A DNA stretch of 63,086 nucleotides, the filler included, from Reclinomonas americana ATCC 50394 (lineage: Eukaryota): NCBI GenBank assembly GCA_048213135.1. It is 7 parts of 6 records of this genome, joined end to end, with 100 filler letters (N's around TTAATTAATTAA, not from the genome) between each part and the next. Parts side by side here need not be neighbours in the genome. Positions count along the whole stretch, not along the records: positions 14,237 to 19,305 come from PS015667.1; positions 19,406 to 31,259 come from PS015668.1; 5 more parts are not named here. One strand, 5' to 3'. The notes under the pieces are model-generated. The model worked only from the letters and a program-made list of their open reading frames with translations. It was not told the origin of the DNA and did not search any database. Each line of letters opens with the position of its first letter. Position 1 is the first letter of the stretch. Below are positions 14,288 to 25,002 of this stretch, piece by piece. Both the position numbers and the translations under genes were made by a program.

Positions 14288-14701
14288 CCATGCGGATCTG
14301 ACTGCCTTCGAACTTGTTATGTCGTGCCACGCACGTTACGTGCATCTCGACGCCATCGCGCGGCAGGCAGACAAACTCGGCCTCCTCCGTCGCTGTCTGC
14401 AGAGAGCACACGGAGGCCGAGTGATTCGTAAACGGCGATGGAGCACGGCGGAAGGGAAGAGAGAGAGTGTGTGTGTAGGACACTTTTGATTCCTGTCTCT
14501 CAAGTTCAGCATGTAAGCGGTGATTGGCTTCATCGGCATCGGCGAGATGGTGTGTGTGTGCGTGGTGCTGTGGTGGGAGCGTATGCATGTGGCTCACGTT
14601 GTGGTGGTGAATAGGGGTGCCAATGGCGGGGCATTTGCAGGAGTTCCTCGCGGAGAAATGGGAGAGGTTGTTGTTTTGGAGTTGGGCGAAGGAGAAGCCG
14701 G
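14288..14701 (-). CDS. Possible exons (perhaps the N-terminus of the beta-helix gene or of a separate gene)
   Basis: AG/GT-bounded in-frame segments inside ORF 14181-14780 (GFSFAQLQNNN...HHHN; ...ELERQESK; TATEEAEFVCLPRDG...QIRM). Flanked by gaps, so linkage is unproven. Confidence 0.3.
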
Positions 14702-15102
14702 CTGTGAGGGGGGATGAAGGGGAAGGGCGGGGAGGAGAAGGAGGGGGGGAAAGGGGAGAACGGAGAGAGAGAGAACGCACGCATGTTGTGTGTGTGAGAG
14801 AGAGAGAGTGTGAGTGTGTGGAAGCAGGTTTGTGTGAAGAGCAACGACCTCTCTCTCGCTTTGCGTGTGGGGAGAGCAGATGTATACGTTGCCTTGCCTC
14901 TCAGCTTGCTTGTGGCGATGAGAAAAGAAAGAGTGATTATCGTGATTTTCCGACGAAGAAGCTCATGCGATGATAGCAAGAGAGCGCAGTGTGCAAGTCC
15001 ACGCAGGAGAGAAGAGAATGCCGTGATTGCGTCAAGAATGCGAGTAGAGATACCCTTGGTCTGCAAGAGAGAAGACCAATAAAGAGAGCAAGGGAGAGAG
15101 TC

Positions 15103-15103
15103 G

Positions 15104-15178
<75 letters not shown>

Positions 15179-15179
15179 A
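15103..15179 (+). repeat. (TGAGGG)n hexamer tract, telomere-variant-like, running into a gap
   Basis: About 12 perfect copies read directly. Confidence 0.9.
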
Positions 15180-16444
15180 NNNNNNNNNNNNNNNNNNNNN
15201 NNNNNNNNNNNNNNNNNNNNNNNNNNNNNNNNNNNNNNNNNNNNNNNNNNNNNNNNNNNNNNNNNNNNNNNNNNNNNNNNNNNNNNNNNNNNNNNNNNNN
15301 NNNNNNNNNNNNNNNNNNNNNNNNNNNNNNNNNNNNNNNNNNNNNNNNNNNNNNNNNNNNNNNNNNNNNNNNNNNNNNNNNNNNNNNNNNNNNNNNNNNN
15401 NNNNNNNNNNNNNNNNNNNNNNNNNNNNNNNNNNNNNNNNNNNNNNNNNNNNNNNNNNNNNNNNNNNNNNNNNNNNNNNNNNNNNNNNNNNNNNNNNNNN
15501 NNNNNNNNNNNNNNNNNNNNNNNNNNNNNNNNNNNNNNNNNNNNNNNNNNNNNNNNNNNNNNNNNNNNNNNNNNNNNNNNNNNNNNNNNNNNNNNNNNNN
15601 NNNNNNNNNNNNNNNNNNNNNNNNNNNNNNNNNNNNNNNNNNNNNNNNNNNNNNNNNNNNNNNNNNNNNNNNNNNNNNNNNNNNNNNNNNNNNNNNNNNN
15701 NNNNNNNNNNNNNNNNNNNNNNNNNNNNNNNNNNNNNNNNNNNNNNNNNNNNNNNNNNNNNNNNNNNNNNNNNNNNNNNNNNNNNNNNNNNNNNNNNNNN
15801 NNNNNNNNNNNNNNNNNNNNNNNNNNNNNNNNNNNNNNNNNNNNNNNNNNNNNNNNNNNNNNNNNNNNNNNNNNNNNNNNNNNNNNNNNNNNNNNNNNNN
15901 NNNNNNNNNNNNNNNNNNNNNNNNNNNNNNNNNNNNNNNNNNNNNNNNNNNNNNNNNNNNNNNNNNNNNNNNNNNNNNNNNNNNNNNNNNNNNNNNNNNN
16001 NNNNNNNNNNNNNNNNNNNNNNNNNNNNNNNNNNNNNNNNNNNNNNNNNNNNNNNNNNNNNNNNNNNNNNNNNNNNNNTGCGAGTAGAATTTTGATGAGT
16101 GCGTGTTTTTAGGGGGAGAGGGAGAGGGAGAGACAATGCATTGTAGACTTGTTTTTTCTTTCATACTTACTTTCTTCTCTTCTTCTCATGCAGAACGCGG
16201 TGCTGAGCTTGTTGATTCTTCACGTGAACTTGCCTCCGTTGTGATGTTGTCATTACTTTGGTCACTCCCGATGTCGCGCTCTCTGATGGTGTGCTTGGCG
16301 AAAATGTTGCGTGCTGATTGTGATTTCAGACCAGCGAGTGGCTCACCTCTTTGTTTTTTTTGCAGAGCTTGCTTGCTTCATGGAGCACTTGCGAACTTTA
16401 TTCATGTTGACATGAGCACTGGTGTGTTAATGCGAGTTAATGAC

Positions 16445-17135
16445 CTCTCTTTGTGTGTGTGTCTTTCTCTCTCTCAGTCTCTCTCAGTCTTTCTCTCAGT
16501 CTCTCTCTCAGTCTCTCTCTCTCAGTTTCTCTCGCAGTCTCTCAGTCTCTCTCTCAGTCTCTCTCTCACTCTCTCTCTCTCTCAGTCTCTCTCTCAGTCT
16601 CTCTCTCTCTTTCAGTCTCTCTCAGTCTCTCTCTCTCTCAGTCTCTTTCAGTCTCTCTTTCTCTCAGTCTCATTCTCTCAGTCTCTCTCTCAGTCTCTCT
16701 CTCAATCTCTCTCTCTCTCACTCTCTCTCTCTCTCAGTCTCTCTCTCAGTCTCTCTCTCTCTTTCAGTCTCTCTCAGTCTCTCTCTTTCTCAGTCTCTCT
16801 CTCAGTCTCTCTCTCAGTCTCTCTCTCAGTCTCTCTCTCTGTCTCTCTTTTTCTTTCTTTCTTTTTCTCTCTCAGTCTCTCTTTGTCCCTCTCTGCCTTT
16901 CTCTCTCTTCCGCTCTCTCTCTCTCTCTCAGTCTCTCTTCCGCTCTCTCTTAGTCTCTCTCAGTCTCTCTCTCTGTCTCTCTCTGAGTCTCTTTCTCTCT
17001 CTCAGTCTCTCAGTCTCTCTCTCTCTCTCTTTTCTCTCAGTGTCTCTTTCTCTCTCTCTCAGTCTCTCTCAGTCTTTCTCTCAGTCTCTCTAGCAATCTC
17101 TCTCTCTCAGTCTCTCTCTCAGTCTCTCTCAGTCT
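16445..17135 (+). repeat. CT-rich degenerate microsatellite (CTCTCAGT-type)
   Basis: Seen directly; the SLSLSL ORFs over it are spurious. Confidence 0.9.
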
Positions 17136-17451
17136 TTTGCTTGACTGTTCCCTCCCTCCGTACTTGCTTTTTTCTTTGCAGAGCAAGCATCGCTGAATGT
17201 GTTTCCATGTATCAGATCTTCGTCTGCAGTCACTGCCGTCATTGGCATCCCACGCGCGTGTTGCACTCTGCTTCTCTCATCTCCTTGTTCCATGTTCCTC
17301 CTCTGTCTCTCTCTTTCAATCTTCCTTGCCTCACCATCTCTCACGTTCAGATTCCACACACACTCTCTCTCAGTCTCTCAGTCTCTCTCCCTCTTGTCTC
17401 CTTCTTCTCCCTTCCTTTCCCCTCGTTCTGCGCTGACTCCGAGCTCCTCAG

Positions 17452-18289
17452 TATCGCCGACCACTTCCAAGTCCATGGCGGGCTCGTACAACGCACTGGG
17501 TATGAGTGTGCGATACTTGGCCTCGCCCGTTGTTGGCAGGCCAGAGGCCGCCGCCTCCAAGAAGCTGGCCACCTTCACCTCGGTACGTGCATGCTCAAGT
17601 GTTCGCTGCTGATGTGTTGATTTCTGACGAGGCGTGCAGGGTCCACTCGAGGCGTTTGAGCCGGAGAAGCCAATTCTGGCTGCATTTACGCGTGTGGCAC
17701 CATGTGGGCGAGGTGAGTGGGTGAGAAATTGTTGTGGTTGATGGAAGGTTCATGGCGTGGGCACGAGCTTGGCCAACGTTGTCAAGCTGATTGGCACCTA
17801 CGCGATCATTGGATCCACGCAAGTGAATTCGGAAGGTGAGACTGTCAATCGAACCCTTTGCCTTTGCTGTCACCTTTTTCTCCTACTCTTGCTTCGCTCT
17901 TCATGTGCCTTGCCCTTGCCATCGCGCTCACATGTTGACGTCGCACACATCCGTGACAATGATCTGTCGCCTTTTCTCTTTCTGCTCACCATCACACTCC
18001 CTTGTCGCGCCCACATCCACCATCTTGGTCGGTTCCTTTTGCTTTTATGTTCCAGATCCCGCTCTGCCCTTGCCGTCACACTCTTCACACCTGTCGCCCT
18101 TTCTCTCTCTGCTCCCATGTATACTGTCCATTCCATCCCACATGTCGCCTTTCCTCTTGATCCGCTCGTGTCATCGCACTTTCTTCCTCCCTTCACACAG
18201 CCATGACCATGGCCGACGCCAATGGCCTCCATCGCGCTTCGATCATTGACACGGTGTTCACGTGCACTGCGCCGGTGTTCCAGGGCTAG
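17452..18289 (+). CDS. Spliced hypothetical protein, 3' exons
   Basis: Several short AG/GT-bounded coding-like segments (IADHFQVHGGLVQRTG / PEAAASKKLATFTS / ... / VHGVGTSLANVVKLIGTYAIIGSTQVNSE / AMTMADANGLHRASIIDTVFTCTAPVFQG*), with TAG at 18287-18289. One junction is ambiguous. Confidence 0.4.
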
Positions 18290-18844
18290 GCGGGGCGCAT
18301 GGCGCGGGATCAGTTCAAGCCGTGAGTGGAGTGGTGATGGACGAGGAGCGCTGATTTCCCGTTGTGCAGTGCGGGGTTTGCGGCGCCGTTGGGGTTGAAG
18401 GATGCGCGGTTGGTGAAGGAGTTGGAGGAGAAAGGGCGTGAAATGAGGAGAAGGTGGTACATGTGAGGATGGAGGGGAAGAGTGGGGAATGGAGAAGTCC
18501 TGTTTGTTGCGCAGGCGGATCCTGAGTTGGATTGGTCGGCAATAATCATGCAAGTGCGCGACTCGGTTGGTATTCCGTCGATGGCTGAGGAGCTGCATCA
18601 GCGTTAGGGGGAGTGGGATGAGAAGGAAGTGAAGATCGCTCGTTGCGATGAAGTGAACGGCTGAGGAAACAGTTTACTTTGCCATGAGACGGGGTATGAA
18701 GCAAGGAAGGAACATAAAGTTGCACTATGCGCGTGAAACCAAGGCAATCACAGTGCAATGAGGGCAACATATGGGAAGTGGGGTGATGCTGGTATTCACA
18801 ATCCAGACCACCCGGTCCCGGTGCAATGGAAATTATTTATGAGA

Positions 18845-18931
18845 GAAACTAAGAGAGACTGAGAGAGACAGAGACTGAGAGAGAAGGAGAGATACTGAGA
18901 GAGATAGAGATTGAGAGAGACTGAGAGAGAC

Positions 18932-18968
<37 letters not shown>

Positions 18969-19305
18969 AGAGATACTGAGAGATACTGAGAGACAGAGAC
19001 TGAGAGTGAGACTGAGAAAGAGACTGAGGGAGAGACTAAGAGTGAGACTGAGAGATAGACTGAGAGAGAGGGAGACTGAGAGAGAGGCAGAGAGAGAGAG
19101 AGAGACTGAGAGAGAGACTGAGAGAGAGACTGAGAGAGAGACTGAGAGAGACTGAGAGAGAGACTGAGAGAGACTGAGAGAGAGACTGAGAGAGAGAGAG
19201 ACTGAGAGAGAGACTGAGAGAGAGACTGAGAGAGAGACTGAGAGTGAGACTGAGAGAGAGACTGAGAGAGAGACTGAGAGTGAGACTGAGAGTGAGACTG
19301 AGAGT
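18845..19305 (+). repeat. GA-rich microsatellite (GAGAGACT-type), reverse complement of the 16445-17135 motif
   Basis: Seen directly. Confidence 0.9.
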
Positions 19306-19405
19306 NNNNNNNNNNNNNNNNNNNNNNNNNNNNNNNNNNNNNNNNNNNNTTAATTAATTAANNNNNNNNNNNNNNNNNNNNNNNNNNNNNNNNNNNNNNN
19401 NNNNN

Positions 19406-19716
19406 GTGTGTCCCTCCAATCGTCGCACTTCCTCACCACTTTCCAACGACCACACACGCACTGTGTTGTCGTAACTGCCACTCACAACGTGTTTACCATC
19501 GGGGGTGACAGCGACAGACGTCACCCATGCGGTGTGTCCCTCCAAGCGTCGCACTTCCTCGCCACTTGCCAGTGACCAAACACGCAATGTGCCATCAAAA
19601 CTGCCACTGACGATGTGCTGACCATCGGGAGTGACGGCGACAGACATCACCGTACCAGTGTGCCCAAGCAGAGATTTGAAAGGGAGGAGAGAGTGGCGAG
19701 AAGGAGCGAGAGACAT
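19406..19716 (-). CDS. WD40-repeat protein, array copy 1 (5' part; the rest is in a gap)
   Basis: MSLAPSRHSLLPFKSLLGHTGTVMSVAVTPDGQHIVSGSFDGTLRVWSLASGEEVRR...; ATG at 19716. Confidence 0.85.
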
Positions 19717-19947
19717 GGCGAACGGAGTGTGCGTGCGCACTGAGAGAGGGAGGGAATTGATACGGGACACTGACGCTTAGATACTGTAGTGTCGACGCTG
19801 TGAGCAGGCGTCTTTGTGGCAAAGCACGCTGCATGGTGCCAGGAGGGACCACATACAGCCTGCCAGATTGCTTCACTGGTGCACTTTTGCACGAAAAGTC
19901 ACGACGGGAGAACGCAAAGAAAATAACAACACGTTCAAAGATGCGAC

Positions 19948-21723
19948 TCAGGGTCCGCCTCGGCGATACTCGACGACCGCTGCCTCCTCGACAATGAAGC
20001 AACGCAGCACCATCTCTGGCAGGCACCGAGAGTCACCTTCGTCACCCGCAACCCTCTGCATCTCTTGCACAGCGCGCATCGCCTCTCGCGCTGCGCGGAG
20101 CTCTTTTCGCGCAAGGCCGCACGGAGTGGACCACACGTGCACGGCATGGTCCTTGCCGCCGCTCAAAACGTGCTCACCATCCGCGGTGACGGCGACAGAT
20201 AGCATCACGCGGTCGTCGGCACGTCTCTCGATCCGCCAGACTTCTTCTCCGCTCGCCAGTGACCACTCTCGCACTGTGCCGTCCCAACTCGCACTCACAA
20301 CGTGCCGCCCATCGGGAGCGATGGCGCGCGATGTCACCCAGTCGCCGTGTCCTTTTAGCTCTCGCACCTCCTCACCGCTCGCCAGTGACCACATTTGCAC
20401 GATTCCCTTACCGCCACCTAGAATGTGCTCACCATCGGGAGTGACAACAACCGCCAGCACTGCTGCGTTGCGTCCATGTAGCCGTCGCACCTCCTTGCCA
20501 CTCACAAGTGACCACACTCGTACAGTGCCATCATTCCCACCACTAACTACAAACTCGCCANNNNNNNNNNNNNNNNNNNNNNNNNNNNNNNNNNNNNNNN
20601 NNNNNNNNNNNNNNNNNNNNNNNNNNNNNNNNNNNNNNNNNNNNNNNNNNNNNNNNNNNNNNNNNNNNNNNNNNNNNNNNNNNNNNNNNNNNNNNNNNNN
20701 NNNNNNNNNNNNNNNNNNNNNNNNNNNNNNNNNNNNNNNNNNNNNNNNNNNNNNNNNNNNNNNNNNNNNNNNNNNNNNNNNNNNNNNNNNNNNNNNNNNN
20801 NNNNNNNNNNNNNNNNNNNNNNNNNNNNNNNNNNNNNNNNNNNNNNNNNNNNNNNNNNNNNNNNNNNNNNNNNNNNNNNNNNNNNNNNNNNNNNNNNNNN
20901 NNNNNNNNNNNNNNNNNNNNNNNNNNNNNNNNNNNNNNNNNNNNNNNNNNNNNNNNNNNNNNNNNNNNNNNNNNNNNNNNNNNNNNNNNNNNNNNNNNNN
21001 NNNNNNNNNNNNNNNNNNNNNNNNNNNNNNNNNNNNNNNNNNNNNNNNNNNNNNNNNNNNNNNNNNNNNNNNNNNNNNNNNNNNNNNNNNNNNNNNNNNN
21101 NNNNNNNNNNNNNNNNNNNNNNNNNNNNNNNNNNNNNNNNNNNNNNNNNNNNNNNNNNNNNNNNNNNNNNNNNNNNNNNNNNNNNNNNNNNNNNNNNNNN
21201 NNNNNNNNNNNNNNNNNNNNNNNNNNNNNNNNNGTGGTCACTGGCAAGTGGCGAGGAAGTGCGACGCTTGGAGGGACACACTGGATGGGTATGCTCAGTA
21301 GCTGTCGTTCCTGATGGGAAGCACATTATCAGCGGGAGTGCAGATAACACAGTGCGTGTGTGGTTGCTGGAGAGTGGAGAAGAGGTGCGACGGATTGAGG
21401 GAGGTGCTGGTTGGGTGCACTCCATCGCTGTCACCCCAAACGGTCAGCACATAATGAGCTGCAGCATAGAGAAGACAGTGCGAGTGTGGTCTCTGGCAAG
21501 TGGAGACGAAGTGCGACGACTGGAGGGACACACTGATTGGGTGCGATCGGTGACCGTCACTCCCAANNNNNNNNNNNNNNNNNNNNACACGCACGGTGTT
21601 GTCATAGCTGCCACTGATGATGTGTCGGCCATCGGGAGTGACGGCGACACACGACACCGTATTGGTGTGACCCACGAGGCACTTGGTGGCGAAGAGAGAG
21701 GGCCGTGAAGGAGCGAGAGACAT
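19948..21723 (-). CDS. WD40-repeat protein, array copy 2 (middle contig 21234-21565 placed in reverse orientation)
   Basis: The N-terminus (21723-21587), the + strand contig 21234-21565 and 20560-19948 join base-perfectly into a 7-WD ORF ending ...RCLPEMVLRCFIVEEAAVVEYRRGGP*. Confidence 0.8.
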
Positions 21724-21923
21724 GGCGAAAGGAGTGAAGGCGTGCAAATAACGAAATGGAAATATCATGCGTGACACGGAAGCATTGTGTGACGCTTGTG
21801 AAGTGTTGCCAGAAGGGAGCGTGCAATCCTGCCAGACTCCTTCACATCTGCATTTTTTTACTTGACAAACCGCGGGAGAGAGAGAGAGAGAGAGAGAACG
21901 CAAAGAAAGAATCAAGACGCTCA

Positions 21924-22500
21924 TCATAAGTGCATGTCGGGGTCGACGGTGTACCGATACACGATGGCCTCGGCCTCCTCGACAATGAAGCAGCGCAGCA
22001 CCATCTCTGGCAGCAGCACCTCCATCATAACTCGCGCTGCGCGGAGCTCTTCACGCGCAACGCCGCACGGAGTGGACCACACTCGAACGGTCTTGTCTGC
22101 ACCCGCACTCACTACGTGTTGACCGTCAGGAGTGACACTGACACACCAAACCCTGCCGGTGTGCCCCTCCATCCATTGCACTTCTTCTCCACTCGCCAGT
22201 GACCACACTCGCACTGTGGTGTCCCAACTCGCGCTGACAACGTGCCGCTCACTCGCGGGTGGCGAGGAGGTACGCCGATTGGAGATGCACAATGCAGTGG
22301 TGACGGTTGTTGTCACTCCCGACGGTGAGCACATTCTGGGTGGCGGTAAGGGAATCGTGCAAATGTGGTCGCTGGCGAGCGGCGAGAAGGTGCGACAGCT
22401 GAAAGGACACACTGCGTGGGTGACATCACTCGCCATCGCTCCCGACTGACCACATTCGCACGGTGTGATCATCGCCGCCACTCACAATGAATTCGCCGTT
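21924..22500 (-). pseudogene. WD40 array copy 3: 5'-truncated, with an internal inversion (22251-22447)
   Basis: Begins mid-repeat (NGEFIVSGGDDHTVRMWS); the next ~65 codons read on the + strand; it then resumes with ERHVVSASWD... to DPDMHL*. Confidence 0.8.
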
Positions 22501-23517
22501 GATACACGATGGCCTCGGCCTCCTCGACAATGAAGCAGCGCAGCACCATCTCTGGCAGGCATCGTGGGTACTCCAACTCCTGCACAGCGCACATTGCTGC
22601 TCTCGCTGTTTGGAGCTCTTCTCGCGCGAGGCCACACGAAGTGGACAACACTCGCACGGCCTTGTCCATTCCGCCGCTCACAACGTGCTCACCATTGGGA
22701 GTGACAGCGACGCACCACACCCTACCCGTGTGACCCTCCATCCGTCGCGCTTCATATACAAATCCATTCACCAGCGACCACACTCGCACAGTGCCGTCCG
22801 AATTCGCACTCATAACATGCCGCGCGTCGGGAACAATGGCGAGTGACGTCACCCATTCGCCTCCTTTCAGCTGTCGCGTGCACACCTCCTCGCCGCTCGC
22901 CAGCGACCATATTTGCACTTGTCCGCCGCCACCACCACTCAAAATGTGCTGGCCGTCGTGAGTTACAACCGTAACAGCTGAAGCGTATATCCGTCGCACT
23001 TCCTCGCCACTCGCGAGGGACCACATTCGTACAGTGTGATCGTTGCCGCCACTCACTACGAACTCGTCGTTGGGAGTGACGGTGACTGATTGCACATTTA
23101 AAATGTGACCCACCAAGCGTCGCACTTCTTCTCCACTTGCCAGCGACCACACACGCACAGTCCTGTCGTAGCTTCCACTCACAATGAACTCGCCATTGGG
23201 CGTGACGGCCACAGTTCTCACCCAATTAGTGTGTCCCACCAACCGACGCACCTCTTCTCCGCTCTCCAACGACCACACTCGCACTGTGTGACCCGCACCC
23301 CCACTCACAACATGCCGACCATCGGGAGTGACAGCGACAGATTCCACCATCCCTTTATGTCCCTCCAAGCGTCGTACTTCCTCGCCATTTGCCAGTGACC
23401 ACACACGCACGGTCTTGTCGCTGCTGCCACTGACGATGCGACAGACATCACCGTACCAGTGTGCCCAAGCAGAGATTTGAAAGGGAGGAGTGAGGGACGA
23501 GAAGGAGCGAGAAACAT
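22501..23517 (-). pseudogene. WD40 array copy 4: 22-nt frameshifting deletion in WD1, 3' end fused to copy 3
   Basis: At ~23438 the paralogue segment tgctgaccatcgggagtgacgg is missing; the tail EAIVY joins directly to internal copy 3 sequence at 22500/22501. Confidence 0.8.
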
Positions 23518-23735
23518 GGTGAACGGAGTGCGCGTGCGCGAAAGTGATCGAAAGTGGGATCGAAAGTGGAAAGGATTAAACGTGGGACGCGGACGCCTTG
23601 TGTCGACGCTGTGAGGAATGGCTCGAGTGTTGTCAGAGGGGAGTATGCTTCCTGCCGCACTACTTCACAACTGCATTTTTACTTGACAAACCGCGGAGGG
23701 AGAACGCAAAGAAAGAGAACAAGGTCTCACATGAA

Positions 23736-24821
23736 TCACAGATGCGACTCCGGGTCCACTCTTCGGCGATAAACGACGGCCTCGGCCTCCTCGACAATGA
23801 AGCAGCGCAGTACCATCTCTGGCAGGCATCGAGAATCATCTATACCAAAGGCCAGCTGCATCTCCTGCACAGCGCACATCGCCTCTCGCGCAGCGACGAG
23901 CTCTTCGCGCGCGAGGCCGCACGGAGACGACCACACATGCACGGCCTTGTCCTCGCCGACGCTCACAACGCGCTCGCCATCCGCGGTGACGGCGACAGAG
24001 TACACATGGCCGGAGTGCCCCTCTATCCGCCACACTTCTTCGCCACTAGCCAGTGACCACACTCGCACTGTGCTGTCCCAACTCGCACTCACAACATGCC
24101 GCCCATCGGGAGCGATGGCGAGCGATGTCACCCAGTCGCCGTGTCCTTTTAGCTCTCGCACCTCCTCACCGCTCGCCAGCGACCACATGTGCACTCTACC
24201 ATTGCCGCCGCCACTCACAATATGTTCGCCGTCAGGAGTGACAACAACCGTCAGCACAGCTACAGTGGGTAGCCGTCGCACCTCCTTGCCACTCACAAGT
24301 GACCACACTCGTACAGTTCGATCATTGCCGCCACTCACAATAAACTCGCCACTGGGAGTGACGGTGACTGACCTCACCCAGAAAGTGTGACCCTCCAGTC
24401 GTCGTACCTCCTCTCCACTTGCCAGTGACCACACTCGCACTGTCTTATCGTCACTCCCACTCACAATGAACTCGCCATTGGGCGTGACGGCAACAGTTCT
24501 CACCCCTTGAGTGTGTCCCTCCAACCGCCGCACCTCTTCTCCGCTCTCCAACGACCACACACGCACTGTGTGACCCGCACCCCCACTCACAACATGCCGA
24601 CCATCGGGAGTGACAGCAACAGATTCCACCAGCCCTGTGTGGCCCTCCAAGAGTTGCACTTCCTCGCCACTTGCCAGTGACCACATGCGCACAGTCTCAT
24701 CGTGACTGCCACTTACGATGTGCTGACCATCGGGAGCGACGGCGACAGACATCACCGGACCAGTATGCCCCACGAGGCACTTGGTGGCGAGGAGAGAGGG
24801 CCGTGAAGGAGCGAGAGACAT
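23736..24821 (-). CDS. WD40-repeat protein, array copy 5 (intact, 361 aa, 7 WD repeats + C-terminal helical tail)
   Basis: Uninterrupted ORF MSLAPSRPSLLATKCLVGH...DSRCLPEMVLRCFIVEEAEAVVYRRRVDPESHL*. Confidence 0.92.
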   Translation of the reverse strand: MSLAPSRPSLLATKCLVGHTGPVMSVAVAPDGQHIVSGSHDETVRMWSLASGEEVQLLEGHTGLVESVAVTPDGRHVVSGGAGHTVRVWSLESGEEVRRLEGHTQGVRTVAVTPNGEFIVSGSDDKTVRVWSLASGEEVRRLEGHTFWVRSVTVTPSGEFIVSGGNDRTVRVWSLVSGKEVRRLPTVAVLTVVVTPDGEHIVSGGGNGRVHMWSLASGEEVRELKGHGDWVTSLAIAPDGRHVVSASWDSTVRVWSLASGEEVWRIEGHSGHVYSVAVTADGERVVSVGEDKAVHVWSSPCGLAREELVAAREAMCAVQEMQLAFGIDDSRCLPEMVLRCFIVEEAEAVVYRRRVDPESHL

Positions 24822-25002
24822 GGCGAACGGAGGGAAGGCGAAAGTGGAAGTACGTGCGGGACACGGACGCATTGTGTCGAAGCTGCACTTTATTGCGAAG
24901 CACACCGCATGCTGCCAGAAGAGAACTGCCAGACTCCTTCACAACTGCATTTTACTTCACAAGCCACAACGAGAGAACAAAAAGAAAGAATCAAGACACA
25001 AA

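Noticed and set aside
16103..17620. Long SL/ER/GE-rich ORFs here and at 33737-35656, 38122-38905, 40543-41697, 55373-56703, plus ORFs spanning N runs
   Set aside because: They are artefacts of microsatellites and gaps that lack stop codons.
21234..21565. Plus-strand WD40 fragment suggesting an invertible cassette
   Set aside because: It is bounded by gaps on both sides and abuts both neighbours base-perfectly when flipped, so it is most simply a mis-oriented contig.
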